Assembly (NCBI GenBank): GCA_965203775.1
Contig: OZ241913.1
Span: 3,242,653-3,306,652, forward strand
Source of the DNA: Dehalococcoidia bacterium
GTDB lineage: Bacteria; Chloroflexota; Dehalococcoidia; Bin125
Direction of reading: 5' to 3'
Length of the DNA stretch: 64,000 nt
Below the pieces are notes generated by a model, which ran no database searches, had not been told where the DNA came from, and saw only the letters and a program-made list of their open reading frames with translations. Of the stretch, positions 1 to 7,545 are shown piece by piece. The translations under genes and the position numbers were made by a program. The first letter of the stretch is position 1, and each line of letters starts with the position of its first letter.

Positions 1-78
1 GGAATGACGGGGAGGGGGGCGCAGGAATGACGGGGAGGGCGGGGGTTCCTGCCTGCGCAGGAATGACGGGGAGGGGGA
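1..78. repeat. Edge of a REP-like repeat cluster, family A (ggttcctgcctgcgcaggaatgacgg; hairpin ttcctgc/gcaggaa)
   Basis: Full copy at 44-69 plus partial gcaggaatgacgg copies at 1-10 and 21-33. The same unit recurs more than 12 times in the window. Confidence 0.8.
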
Positions 79-1794
79 CTAGGGCGACGGGGCTGTGAGG
101 CGGTTGTTGGCGCTGTTGCCCCAGCAGGCGATAGTGCCGTCGGTCTTGATGCCGCAGGTGTGTTCATTGCCGGCGCTGACGGCGGTGTAGGTGCCTGCGG
201 TGACGGTGGTTTGGTCCTGGTTGTTGCGGCCCCAACAGGTGATTGCGCCGGCGCTGCTGAGCGCGCAGGTGTGATTTCTGCCGGCGCTGATCGCGGTGAA
301 CGTGCCCGAGGAGGGCGCGTCGCTCCTTTGGTTGTAAGCATTCCGGCCCCAGCAGGAGATCGCGCCGGCGCTGCTCAGCGCGCAGGTATGGCCCCCGCCG
401 GCGCTCAACGCAGTGAATGCGCCTGTCGGCGCGGCGGTCCGATCCTCAATGCTTTCGCCCCAGCAGTGGATCGCCCCGGTGCTGCGCAGCCCGCAGGTGT
501 AGGTGTCGCCGGCGCTGACTGCGCTGAACGTGCCCGTCTGCGCGTCGATCCGGCCTAACGTGCTGGCTCCCCAGCAGGAGACCGCTCCGCCGCTCGCCAG
601 TGCGCAGGTGTGCGACGCATCGGAGCCGCTGCCCAGCGCGGTGAAGCTGCCCGAGGGCGCGTTGAGGCGGTTGTTACTGCTCGCTCCCCAGCACTCAATT
701 GCGCCGCTGCTGCGCAGCGCGCAGGTGTGGTGCGCGCCGACCGCCAGCGCGGTAAATGAGCCCGTCGGAGCGTTGAGGCGGTTGTCGGCGTTGTTGCCCC
801 AGCAGACGATCGTGCCCGTGCTGCGCAGGGCGCAGGTGTGCGACCTGCCCGCGCTGAGCGCGGTGAACGTGGTTGGGGTTGGAGTCGGTGTAGGGGTTGG
901 CGTAGGCGTAGCAGGGTCCGGCGTTGCGCCGCCCTCGTCGTTGCTTGAGGTGTCCGCGACGGTCCGAGTAGCCGTTGTCGGGGTGAGCTCCGCAATCAGC
1001 TCAGGCAAGCGATCATCCTGCCCGCCCCAGCAGCGAGCGCGCTCGTCGTTGAGCGCGCAGGAGTGGCGCATTCCCGCGCTCACGGCGATGTAGCGCCCCG
1101 ACGGGGCGTTGGACTGGTCGTAGCGATCGTCGCCCCAGCACTCGATTGCGCCTGATTCGCGCAGCCCGCACGAGTGCCAGGCTCCGGCGCTGATTTGGGT
1201 GAAGACTCCCGTTGGGGCGTTGAGTTGGCTGAAGTTGTTGAGTCCCCAGCATTCGGCTGCGCCGTTTTCGCGCAGAGCGCAGCTATGCGTCGTGCCCGCG
1301 CTCACTTGCGTGAAGACGCCATCGGGGGCGTCGGTGCGTCCGAGGTTGGCGCGGCCCCAGCAGGCGATTTCGCCTGTTGTGCGCAGTCCGCAGGCGTGCA
1401 GATAGCCCGCGCTAACCGCGCTGAACTCCCCCTCCGGCGGATTCGCTTGTCCGTAGTCGAGCACGCTGCGGCCATAGCTGCTCGTTCCCCAGCACTCGAT
1501 CGCGCTGTCGCTCTTGCGGACGGCGCAGGCGAACTGCCAGCCCACGGCGATGTCGCTGAACGCGCCTTGCGGCGCGTTCTGATCTGCGCCCCAGCAGGCG
1601 ATTTCGCCGCCGCCCTGTCGGATGGCGCAGTTGTGCCAGTCGCCGGCGCTCACGGCCGTGTAGCGGCCTTCGGGGATGTCGCGCAGGTCTGCCTGGTTGC
1701 CGCCCCAGCAGCGGATCACGCCGTCGGCGCGGAGGGTGCATTGGTGCTCGCCGCCGGCGTCGAGCGCGAGGTAGCGGCTGGTTGAGGTGGGCAT
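79..1794 (-). CDS. RCC1-repeat (beta-propeller) protein, two repeat blocks joined by a PT-rich linker, paralog 1
   Basis: About 20 repeats of the type HTCALrstGaIxCWGxN and a (PT)n linker. The frame stays open upstream of the ATG at 1794 and encodes a signal-peptide h-region (KFLPIALAIAALLLAFLTLAQAA) up to the poly-C tract at 1866-1881. Confidence 0.75.
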   Translation of the reverse strand: MPTSTSRYLALDAGGEHQCTLRADGVIRCWGGNQADLRDIPEGRYTAVSAGDWHNCAIRQGGGEIACWGADQNAPQGAFSDIAVGWQFACAVRKSDSAIECWGTSSYGRSVLDYGQANPPEGEFSAVSAGYLHACGLRTTGEIACWGRANLGRTDAPDGVFTQVSAGTTHSCALRENGAAECWGLNNFSQLNAPTGVFTQISAGAWHSCGLRESGAIECWGDDRYDQSNAPSGRYIAVSAGMRHSCALNDERARCWGGQDDRLPELIAELTPTTATRTVADTSSNDEGGATPDPATPTPTPTPTPTPTTFTALSAGRSHTCALRSTGTIVCWGNNADNRLNAPTGSFTALAVGAHHTCALRSSGAIECWGASSNNRLNAPSGSFTALGSGSDASHTCALASGGAVSCWGASTLGRIDAQTGTFSAVSAGDTYTCGLRSTGAIHCWGESIEDRTAAPTGAFTALSAGGGHTCALSSAGAISCWGRNAYNQRSDAPSSGTFTAISAGRNHTCALSSAGAITCWGRNNQDQTTVTAGTYTAVSAGNEHTCGIKTDGTIACWGNSANNRLTAPSP

Positions 1795-1865
1795 GGCGGC
1801 CTGGGCGAGGGTCAGGAATGCGAGCAGGAGCGCGGCGATCGCGAGGGCGATCGGGAGGAATTTAT

Positions 1866-1881
1866 CCCCCCCCCCCCCCCC
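1866..1881 (-). repeat. Homopolymer tract, 16 C on + strand (16 G in the gene sense) inside the predicted signal-peptide region of RCC1 paralog 1
   Basis: Counted directly. ATG at 1929-1931 (minus) reads MTAAQRAGRALAALARSGGGGG then goes out of frame. 17 or 14 G would join it to the downstream ORF. Confidence 0.9.
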
Positions 1882-2072
1882 GATCGGGCAAGCGCCGCCA
1901 ACGCGCGGCCGGCGCGTTGGGCGGCGGTCATGAGGTCGGCACCGTGCTTCACGTCTGCCACTCTACACCAGCGCGGCTGGTTGCGCGATCTTGGGTTGAC
2001 GAGGGTTCTGTGTGAAGATGAGAGGCGACGGGGCGGGCAGCTGGGCTACACTGCCCGAACGGATGGGCGAGG

Positions 2073-3113
2073 ATGAGGATGGCGAACCCCAACAGCGTGG
2101 CAGAGGCGGTGGCTCTGCTGGGCGTCGCGCCGGGAGCGGACGCGGCGGCGGTGCGCAAGCGCTACCGCGAGCTGGCCAAGCAGCTTCACCCCGACCGCAA
2201 CCCCGATGATCCGCTGGCGGACCAGCGGATGGCGGAGCTGAATCGCGCCCGCGACCTGCTGGTCGACGGGGTGCCGCGCGACTTGCAGCGCGGGGCGCCG
2301 GCGAGTCCCCCGCCGCAGCCGAAGCCGGAACCGCAGCGCCGGCCGCAGTCGCGCGCCGAGCGTGCGGAGACGCATCAGGCGTTTCGCGACGAGATGGAGC
2401 GGGCGCGGCGCACGGATACGGAGCGCGAGCGTCGGCGTCGGGCGGCGCGGCGTCGAGCGCGGCAAGAGGCGGAGGAGCGCGCGCGGCGCGCCGCTGAGGC
2501 CGCCCGCGAGGCGGCGGACCAGCCGCCGTCGACCGAGCCGGCTACGGAACGCCGCCGCCGCCGACCGAGCGGGCAAGCGCGAACGGGCGCGAGCAAGACT
2601 GCCGCCCCGAAGCGACGCGGCGGCACCCGCGCGCGCAACGCGCCGCCCAAACGCGACGCATTCACCTCTCCGATCGGTCGAATCTGCGATCTGCTCTCCG
2701 CGCAGGGCTGGGAGGATGCGGTGGCCGCGGTTCGACAGCGCTACCGCGAGGCGGGGGCGTCTGCGCCGCCCAGCGCGGAGTTCGTGCTGTCGGTGGAGCT
2801 TGACGGCGAGGCGCGGGTCGCGGCGGTGGTGGTGGCCGCTCCCGGCGTGCTCGACGGCGCGGCGCTGGACTACGCGATCGGGCGGGCGGCGGAGGTCGGC
2901 GCGCCGTTCGCGTTCGCCGCGAACGAGCGGATGTTCCGTCGGGCCGGCGTCCGCAGCCGAGCACGCACGAATCCGAAAGCGCTCTCGAAATTCCCGAGCC
3001 CCGCTGAGCTGAGCGAGGCGCTGGCGCAGCAGATCGCGGAGGCTGAGGCGGGGGACGGATCGTCGAAGCGCGAGCGCGGGCCGGCGAATTTTGGGCGTCT
3101 GTTCCGTCGCTGA
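2073..3113 (+). CDS. J-domain (DnaJ-like) protein with an Arg/Glu-rich charged segment and an uncharacterised C-terminal domain
   Basis: N-terminus LLGVAPGADAAAVRKRYRELAKQLHPDRNPDD has an intact HPD motif, followed by ERERRRRAARRRARQEAEERARRAAEAA. Confidence 0.75.
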   Translation: MRMANPNSVAEAVALLGVAPGADAAAVRKRYRELAKQLHPDRNPDDPLADQRMAELNRARDLLVDGVPRDLQRGAPASPPPQPKPEPQRRPQSRAERAETHQAFRDEMERARRTDTERERRRRAARRRARQEAEERARRAAEAAREAADQPPSTEPATERRRRRPSGQARTGASKTAAPKRRGGTRARNAPPKRDAFTSPIGRICDLLSAQGWEDAVAAVRQRYREAGASAPPSAEFVLSVELDGEARVAAVVVAAPGVLDGAALDYAIGRAAEVGAPFAFAANERMFRRAGVRSRARTNPKALSKFPSPAELSEALAQQIAEAEAGDGSSKRERGPANFGRLFRR

Positions 3114-3145
3114 GACGGGCGGTTAGGCTCTCGGCAGGAGCAGCG

Positions 3146-4300
3146 ATGATCGAACTTAATGAGGCGCAGGAACTGATTCGGCGCACGGTGCGCGGCTTCG
3201 CGGAGGCGGAGATCGAGCCGATCGCGGACGAGATCGACCGCGAGGACAAGTGGCCGGGGCATTTGTGGCCGATGCTCGGCGAGTTGGGGCTGTTGGGCGT
3301 GACGATCGACGAGCGCTACGGCGGCTCCGACGCGGGGCTGCTGGCGGGCGTGATTGCGACGGAGGAGATCGCGCGGGCGTCGGCGTCGGTCGCGCTGTCC
3401 TACGGCGCGCACGCGAATCTGTGCGCGAACAACATCGCGACCAACGGCAGCGAGGCGCAGAAGCGGCGCTATCTGCCGGGATTGTGCAGCGGGGCGGAGG
3501 TGGGCGCGCTGGCGCTGACCGAGCCGGAGGCGGGCTCCGACGCGGTGGGCATCCGCAGCACGGCGGCGCGCGAGGGCGATGTCTACCGGCTCAACGGGAG
3601 CAAGATGTTCATCACCAACGGGTCGGTCGCGGACACGCTGGTGCTCTACGCCAAGACCGATCCTGAGGCGGGCTCGCGCGGGATCACGGCGTTCATCGTG
3701 GAGTCCTCGTTCGAGGGCTTCTCGGTGGGGCAGAAGTTGGACAAGGTGGGTCACCGCGGCTCGCCTACCGCCGAGCTGCTGCTGGAGGATTGCCTGGTGC
3801 CGGCCGACAATGTGCTGGGGCGGGAGGGCGGCGGCGCGGCGGTGATGATGCAGGGGCTGGCGGTCGAGCGGGCGTTTCTGGCGGGCGAGCCGCTGGGGAT
3901 TGCGCAAGCGGCGCTGGATGCGGCGGTCGGCTACGCCCGCGAGCGGCGGCAGTTCGGACAGCGGATCGGCGATTTCCAGCTGATTCAGGCGATGCTGGCG
4001 GACATGTACACGGAGTTGGAGGCGGCGCGCTGGCTGGTCTACCGCACGGCGTCGCTGGTCGAGCAGCGGGCGGCGCGGGGAGAGCGGGCGAACAAAGAGG
4101 CGGCAGCGGCGATTCTGTATTCGGCGGAGATGTCGAGTCGGGTGGCGGACAAGGCGGTGCAGATTCACGGTGGCTACGGCTACATGAGCGAGAGTCGGGT
4201 GGCGCGCTACGCGCGCGACGCGAAGCTGCTGGAGATCGGGGCGGGGACGAGCGAGATTCGGCGCTTGCTGATTGGTCGGGAGTTGGTGGGGCCGGAGTAG
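3146..4300 (+). CDS. Acyl-CoA dehydrogenase (isovaleryl-CoA dehydrogenase-like)
   Basis: Full-length ACAD pattern (SYGAHANLC, LTEPEAGSD, FITNG, GDFQLIQ, catalytic-base region GGYGY) recognised by eye. Confidence 0.9.
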   Translation: MIELNEAQELIRRTVRGFAEAEIEPIADEIDREDKWPGHLWPMLGELGLLGVTIDERYGGSDAGLLAGVIATEEIARASASVALSYGAHANLCANNIATNGSEAQKRRYLPGLCSGAEVGALALTEPEAGSDAVGIRSTAAREGDVYRLNGSKMFITNGSVADTLVLYAKTDPEAGSRGITAFIVESSFEGFSVGQKLDKVGHRGSPTAELLLEDCLVPADNVLGREGGGAAVMMQGLAVERAFLAGEPLGIAQAALDAAVGYARERRQFGQRIGDFQLIQAMLADMYTELEAARWLVYRTASLVEQRAARGERANKEAAAAILYSAEMSSRVADKAVQIHGGYGYMSESRVARYARDAKLLEIGAGTSEIRRLLIGRELVGPE

Positions 4301-4306
4301 GGGCGG

Positions 4307-4335
4307 TTGACAAGGCGGGGCGGGGCGGTCAATCT
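4307..4335 (+). promoter_or_regulatory. Sigma-70-like promoter of sRNA-like unit A
   Basis: TTGACA (4307-4312), 17-nt spacer, caatct (4330-4335). Confidence 0.5.
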
Positions 4336-4340
4336 TGCTT

Positions 4341-4475
4341 GCGAGGGCCGGCAACTGCGTAGCGGAAGACGGTCCCGCCGACGGCGTCACCAGGCCCCCG
4401 GCAGGCGCTGTCAATGGCTCAAGGGGGTCGGAGGGCTGGTCGCTGCCATTGCGGGGGCCGGCCCTCACTCGTTTC
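4341..4475 (+). ncRNA. Candidate structured small RNA, unit A of four tandem paralogous units (family unknown)
   Basis: Conserved core ggtcccgccgacggcgtcaccaggcccccggcaggcgctgtcaatggct. 3' hairpin gagggctggt (4431-4440) / gccggccctc (4458-4467). No coding frame is shared between units. Ends are approximate. Confidence 0.5.
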
Positions 4476-4536
4476 TGCGCCGCTGGTTCGGCCTTGTCAT
4501 GGATTCAGTGCAGCTAGAGGCGATCTGTAGGCGCGC

Positions 4537-4565
4537 TTGACATTTCTCAGCGAAGCGGCCAACCT
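4537..4565 (+). promoter_or_regulatory. Sigma-70-like promoter of sRNA-like unit B
   Basis: TTGACA (4537-4542), 17-nt spacer, caacct (4560-4565). Confidence 0.5.
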
Positions 4566-4570
4566 TGTTC

Positions 4571-4705
4571 CTGAGGGCCAGCCACTGAGTATTCGGCCGC
4601 TGGTCCCGCCGACGGCGTCGCCAGGCCCCCGGCAGGCGCTGTCAATGGCTTCAGGGGGTCGGAGGGCCAGCCACCGCCACTGCGGTCGCTGGCCCCATTC
4701 GTCTG
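4571..4705 (+). ncRNA. Candidate structured small RNA, unit B
   Basis: Same core as unit A. 3' hairpin gggccagc (4664-4671) / gctggccc (4688-4695), with pairing kept by compensatory changes relative to A and D. Ends are approximate. Confidence 0.5.
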
Positions 4706-4745
4706 GCCCACTCCCCAAACGCGGCTGGAGCTTGGCGTCGGGGGC

Positions 4746-4774
4746 TTGACAATCCGCTTGGCGGTGTGCATCAT
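4746..4774 (+). promoter_or_regulatory. Sigma-70-like promoter of sRNA-like unit C
   Basis: TTGACA (4746-4751), 17-nt spacer, catcat (4769-4774). Confidence 0.5.
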
Positions 4775-4780
4775 TGCTCA

Positions 4781-4915
4781 TGAGGACTGTACCGACCCGT
4801 GGGGGACGGGCGGCCCCGCCGGAGACGTTGCCAGCCCCCGGTTGCGTCGCCATTGGCTGTTTGGGGGTGCGAAGGTCGGCCCCTGCCATCGCGGGCGCCG
4901 GCCTTCATCCTTGCT
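4781..4915 (+). ncRNA. Candidate structured small RNA, unit C (most diverged)
   Basis: Diverged core (ccccgccggagacgttgccagcccccggttgcgtcgccattggct). 3' hairpin gaaggtcggc (4871-4880) / gccggccttc (4897-4906), with a compensatory gg-to-ag / cc-to-ct change. Ends are approximate. Confidence 0.45.
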
Positions 4916-4973
4916 GATCTGCTGCCTCAATCGCGTCCTGGCTCCGCGCCGACAGAGACGATCTACAGGCGCG

Positions 4974-5003
4974 CTTGACATTTCGGGGCTGCGCAGTGCA
5001 TCA
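4974..5003 (+). promoter_or_regulatory. Sigma-70-like promoter of sRNA-like unit D
   Basis: TTGACA (4974-4979), 18-nt spacer, catcat (4998-5003). The upstream context gcgcgcttgacatttc is shared with unit B. Confidence 0.5.
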
Positions 5004-5007
5004 TTGC

Positions 5008-5140
5008 GGTGAGGGCCGGCAACTGCGTAGCGGAAGACGGTCCCGCCGACGGCGTCACCAGGCCCCCGGCAGGCGCTGTCAATGGCTCAAGGGGGTCGGA
5101 GGGCTGGTCGCTGCGTAGCGGGGGCCGGCCCTCACTCGTT
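5008..5140 (+). ncRNA. Candidate structured small RNA, unit D (near-identical to A)
   Basis: Core identical to A. 3' hairpin gagggctggt (5099-5108) / gccggccctc (5124-5133). The 3' end overlaps the stop of the convergent DUF3800 gene. Confidence 0.5.
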
Positions 5141-5857
5141 GGCCGGCATGACCTCGATCGCAGCCTCGCTGCTCCCGTGCAGCTTCTCGCGCACGATTTC
5201 CCAATCGGGCCGTTCCGGGTAACCGACGATGTGCCGGCCAATCGGCGTGACAACCAGGTCCGCCAGCTCCAGATCAACGAGTCGCTCCGATTTGTCATGG
5301 AATGACAACGAGGCAATGCGGCGACGGATCGAGCGCCCGGTGAAATCGCCTGCCCCAACCTCTCGCAGCGTTCGCCACTGCCTGAGAGTGCGGCGGTCCA
5401 ACGCCGGCTGCCGCTGTTCGGCGCGAATTCGCCCGCCGCGGTGCTGGTTGCCGACGATCTCACAGAACCGAATGACCAACCGTTCGAGCGCGTAGTGGTA
5501 CGGGTCGCCGACGGCCGGAGCCGACTCCGCATCAAGGCGATCTTTGCGCACCGCACACGCCACAACGCTGAATTCAAGGCCGCGCAGCACGGCGCTGAGT
5601 TCGCGAAAGAATGCGTTGCGAAAGTCGCGGTCCTGTAGAACAGAGAACACACCAGCGTTCCGGGTGATCTCCACGGTGTGCAAGACGAAGTCCGTTTGCC
5701 CGAACAGATCCCGCTTGAAGGCCCGAATTGCCTCGTCGGCTCGGATCCTCGCGTAGTCATCTTCGAAGATCACTCCGCCGAGGACGAAGACGGGGTAGCC
5801 CGGGTCAATCTGCTTGAGGTTGTGATCCCCCGACTCGTCCAGACTCATCGTCTTCAT
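5132..5857 (-). CDS. DUF3800-like protein
   Basis: Start chosen at MKTMSLDESGDHN (ATG 5855-5857), matching the DESG N-terminus typical of DUF3800. The upstream 84 codons of the track ORF lie inside the UGSC gene. The start overlaps the UGSC stop as ATGA. Confidence 0.65.
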   Translation of the reverse strand: MKTMSLDESGDHNLKQIDPGYPVFVLGGVIFEDDYARIRADEAIRAFKRDLFGQTDFVLHTVEITRNAGVFSVLQDRDFRNAFFRELSAVLRGLEFSVVACAVRKDRLDAESAPAVGDPYHYALERLVIRFCEIVGNQHRGGRIRAEQRQPALDRRTLRQWRTLREVGAGDFTGRSIRRRIASLSFHDKSERLVDLELADLVVTPIGRHIVGYPERPDWEIVREKLHGSSEAAIEVMPANE

Positions 5858-6390
5858 GGTTGCGCGCCGCTGAGCAGAATCTCCACGCCCTGGGCGTAGG
5901 CCTCGGCGGCGCGGGCAGCTAGCTCTGGCTGGCTGGCGCTGCCGATGGGGTGGTCTACCAGGGCGAAGGGGAAGTTGGGGAGGCCGAGGGTGCGGGCGAT
6001 CATTTTGCTCGTGGGCTCGAACGGATGCGTGCAGATCGCCAGCGCGGGCTTGCTCAGCTGCTCGAAAGTGATCGCGTCGTGCACACTGCACGTCGAGCAG
6101 GAGCCTCAATCGCCGACGGCGGTGATCAGGAAGTCCACGTTGTGGCTGAGATCGCGGAGCAGCTGCGGGTCGGCGACGCGGGAGGCGTTGGGCTTGGCCG
6201 TCTCGCGCGCGATGCGGCAGCCGTGCCGCTCGGCGAAGCGCTCGGCGGTCAGCCGCAGCAGGCGGTCGGCGTTGACCTTGCCGTTGGAGAGCAGGCCGAT
6301 TTTGAGGCCGTCGAGCGCGGACAGCCGCGCCGCCGCCGCGTAGCCGGTCTGCGGGGTTTGCCCGGTCGGGTCGAGGAGTTCGAGCGCCAT
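5854..6390 (-). CDS. UGSC-family selenoprotein (in-frame TGA = Sec at 6106-6108)
   Basis: Track ORFs 6106-6390 and 5854-6084 are in the same frame. Read-through gives ...ITAVGD-U-GSCSTCSVHDAITFEQ..., i.e. the UGSC motif. A hairpin follows the TGA. Confidence 0.7.
6075..6095 (-). promoter_or_regulatory. SECIS-like stem-loop downstream of the in-frame UGA
   Basis: RNA sense cgacgugca-gug-ugcacgacg: 6 perfect bp plus 2 bp beyond an A-A mismatch, with a G/U-containing loop. It starts 10 nt after the UGA. Confidence 0.55.
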
Positions 6391-6433
6391 GATGCCTGCC
6401 TTTGCTGGTTGCGCCTGGTTGGTTGGCTCGGCG

Positions 6434-7489
6434 TCAGCAGTCGAGGCAGACGCCGATCGGCCTGGTTTGGTAGAGCGAGTTGCGCCCGCGGCTCCAGGAG
6501 GGCAGGAAGGCGGAATGCCCGCCGGCTTCGCCGCCCGCGACCACGATCAGGATGTCCCCGGGCTCGCGCCCGCGGTGGAACGCGCCCGCGCCTCGCTCGT
6601 CAACGCCCGGGGCCAGGCCGTCGGCAGTGCGCTCGGCCGGCCACTTGCCGTGCGCGAGCAGTTCGGCGGCGGGGCGCCGGGCGCGCTCGAACAGATAGCG
6701 CTGCACATCCTCGCGGGCGTAGCCCGCCGAGGCGGCGATCTGCGCGTGTTCGGGCGACATCACGACCAGCGATTGGCCGTCGGTCAGCGCGCCCAGCGCG
6801 GCCATCGTGTCGGCGAAGGTGTCGAGCAGCGTGTCGGGATCGGCCGTGTAGTGGTTCTCGATGTTGTAGAAGCCGGACGCGGCGAAGGTCGTGACGGTGC
6901 TGACTTCGGGCGGGAAGCCGAGGCCGATGTGCAGCGGCTCCCAGGGGCTGTGCGCGGCGTTCTCGCCGATGCAGCAGCTGTACTTGCCCGGCCAGCCGGT
7001 GGTGGAGCGGTCGGCGATGCCGGGGGTCATGCGGAAGATGTTGAGGATGACGAGTCGGATTGCGCGGCCGATGGTGGCGTTGGCGCGGGCGCCGGGGCCG
7101 AACACGTTGACGCCGGTGTTGAGCCCGATCTCTTCGCCGATTTCGCCAGAGACGATCAGCACCGGCGCGGAGCCGCCGGTCGAGGCCGTCGATCCGTGGA
7201 AGTTGTAGGCGTCTTCGTTGAGCGCTTCCAGCGCGGCGAGCACGGTGGGGAAGTACTGCGGGAGGCAGCCGGCCATCACGGCGTTGATCGCGGCGTCCTG
7301 CACGCTGCACTCGCGGCCGGTGGCGGGGTGGCGGGCGACGACCTCTTCGGGCGGGCGTCCGGCGGCGGCGAGAAAGCGCTCGACCCGCTCGCGGGCGGGC
7401 GGCACGACGGGCAAGCCGTCGGTCCAGCCCTGCTCGTAGCACCAGTCGATCGCGGAGAGTTCGTCTTCAAGGTGGTGTGAGGTGGTCAT
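6434..7489 (-). CDS. Conserved hypothetical protein (351 aa, C-terminal CLDC), first gene of the UGSC cluster
   Basis: Long ORF with a non-repetitive, balanced composition, co-directional with the UGSC gene and 43 nt upstream of it. No family recognised by eye. Confidence 0.6.
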   Translation of the reverse strand: MTTSHHLEDELSAIDWCYEQGWTDGLPVVPPARERVERFLAAAGRPPEEVVARHPATGRECSVQDAAINAVMAGCLPQYFPTVLAALEALNEDAYNFHGSTASTGGSAPVLIVSGEIGEEIGLNTGVNVFGPGARANATIGRAIRLVILNIFRMTPGIADRSTTGWPGKYSCCIGENAAHSPWEPLHIGLGFPPEVSTVTTFAASGFYNIENHYTADPDTLLDTFADTMAALGALTDGQSLVVMSPEHAQIAASAGYAREDVQRYLFERARRPAAELLAHGKWPAERTADGLAPGVDERGAGAFHRGREPGDILIVVAGGEAGGHSAFLPSWSRGRNSLYQTRPIGVCLDC

Positions 7490-7545
7490 GCCTCAATTCT
7501 AAGGCGTGTTCGCACATGGCCGGCCGCCCTCCCATCGCACCCCGC

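Noticed and set aside
2870-4468. Long antisense or alternate-frame ORFs rich in Arg/Pro/Ala (also 11941-13080, 13767-14936, 35608-36834, 36958-38127, 46080-48272, 19781-20848 and others)
   Set aside because: These are typical shadow ORFs of high-GC DNA. They have low-complexity composition and overlap genes with clear family signatures on the other strand or frame.
4571-4705. Cobalamin-riboswitch-like B12 box (gccactg) in sRNA-like unit B
   Set aside because: The motif is present only in unit B and is not conserved in A, C or D. The rest of the cobalamin consensus is absent, and no downstream gene exists to regulate.
4335-5130. Repeated peptide SDQPSDPLEPLTAPAGGLVTPSAGPSSATQLPAL on the minus strand, suggesting a repeated coding exon
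   Set aside because: The copies sit in unrelated long GC-driven ORFs without their own starts. Conservation follows RNA-helix pairing (compensatory changes) rather than codon structure.
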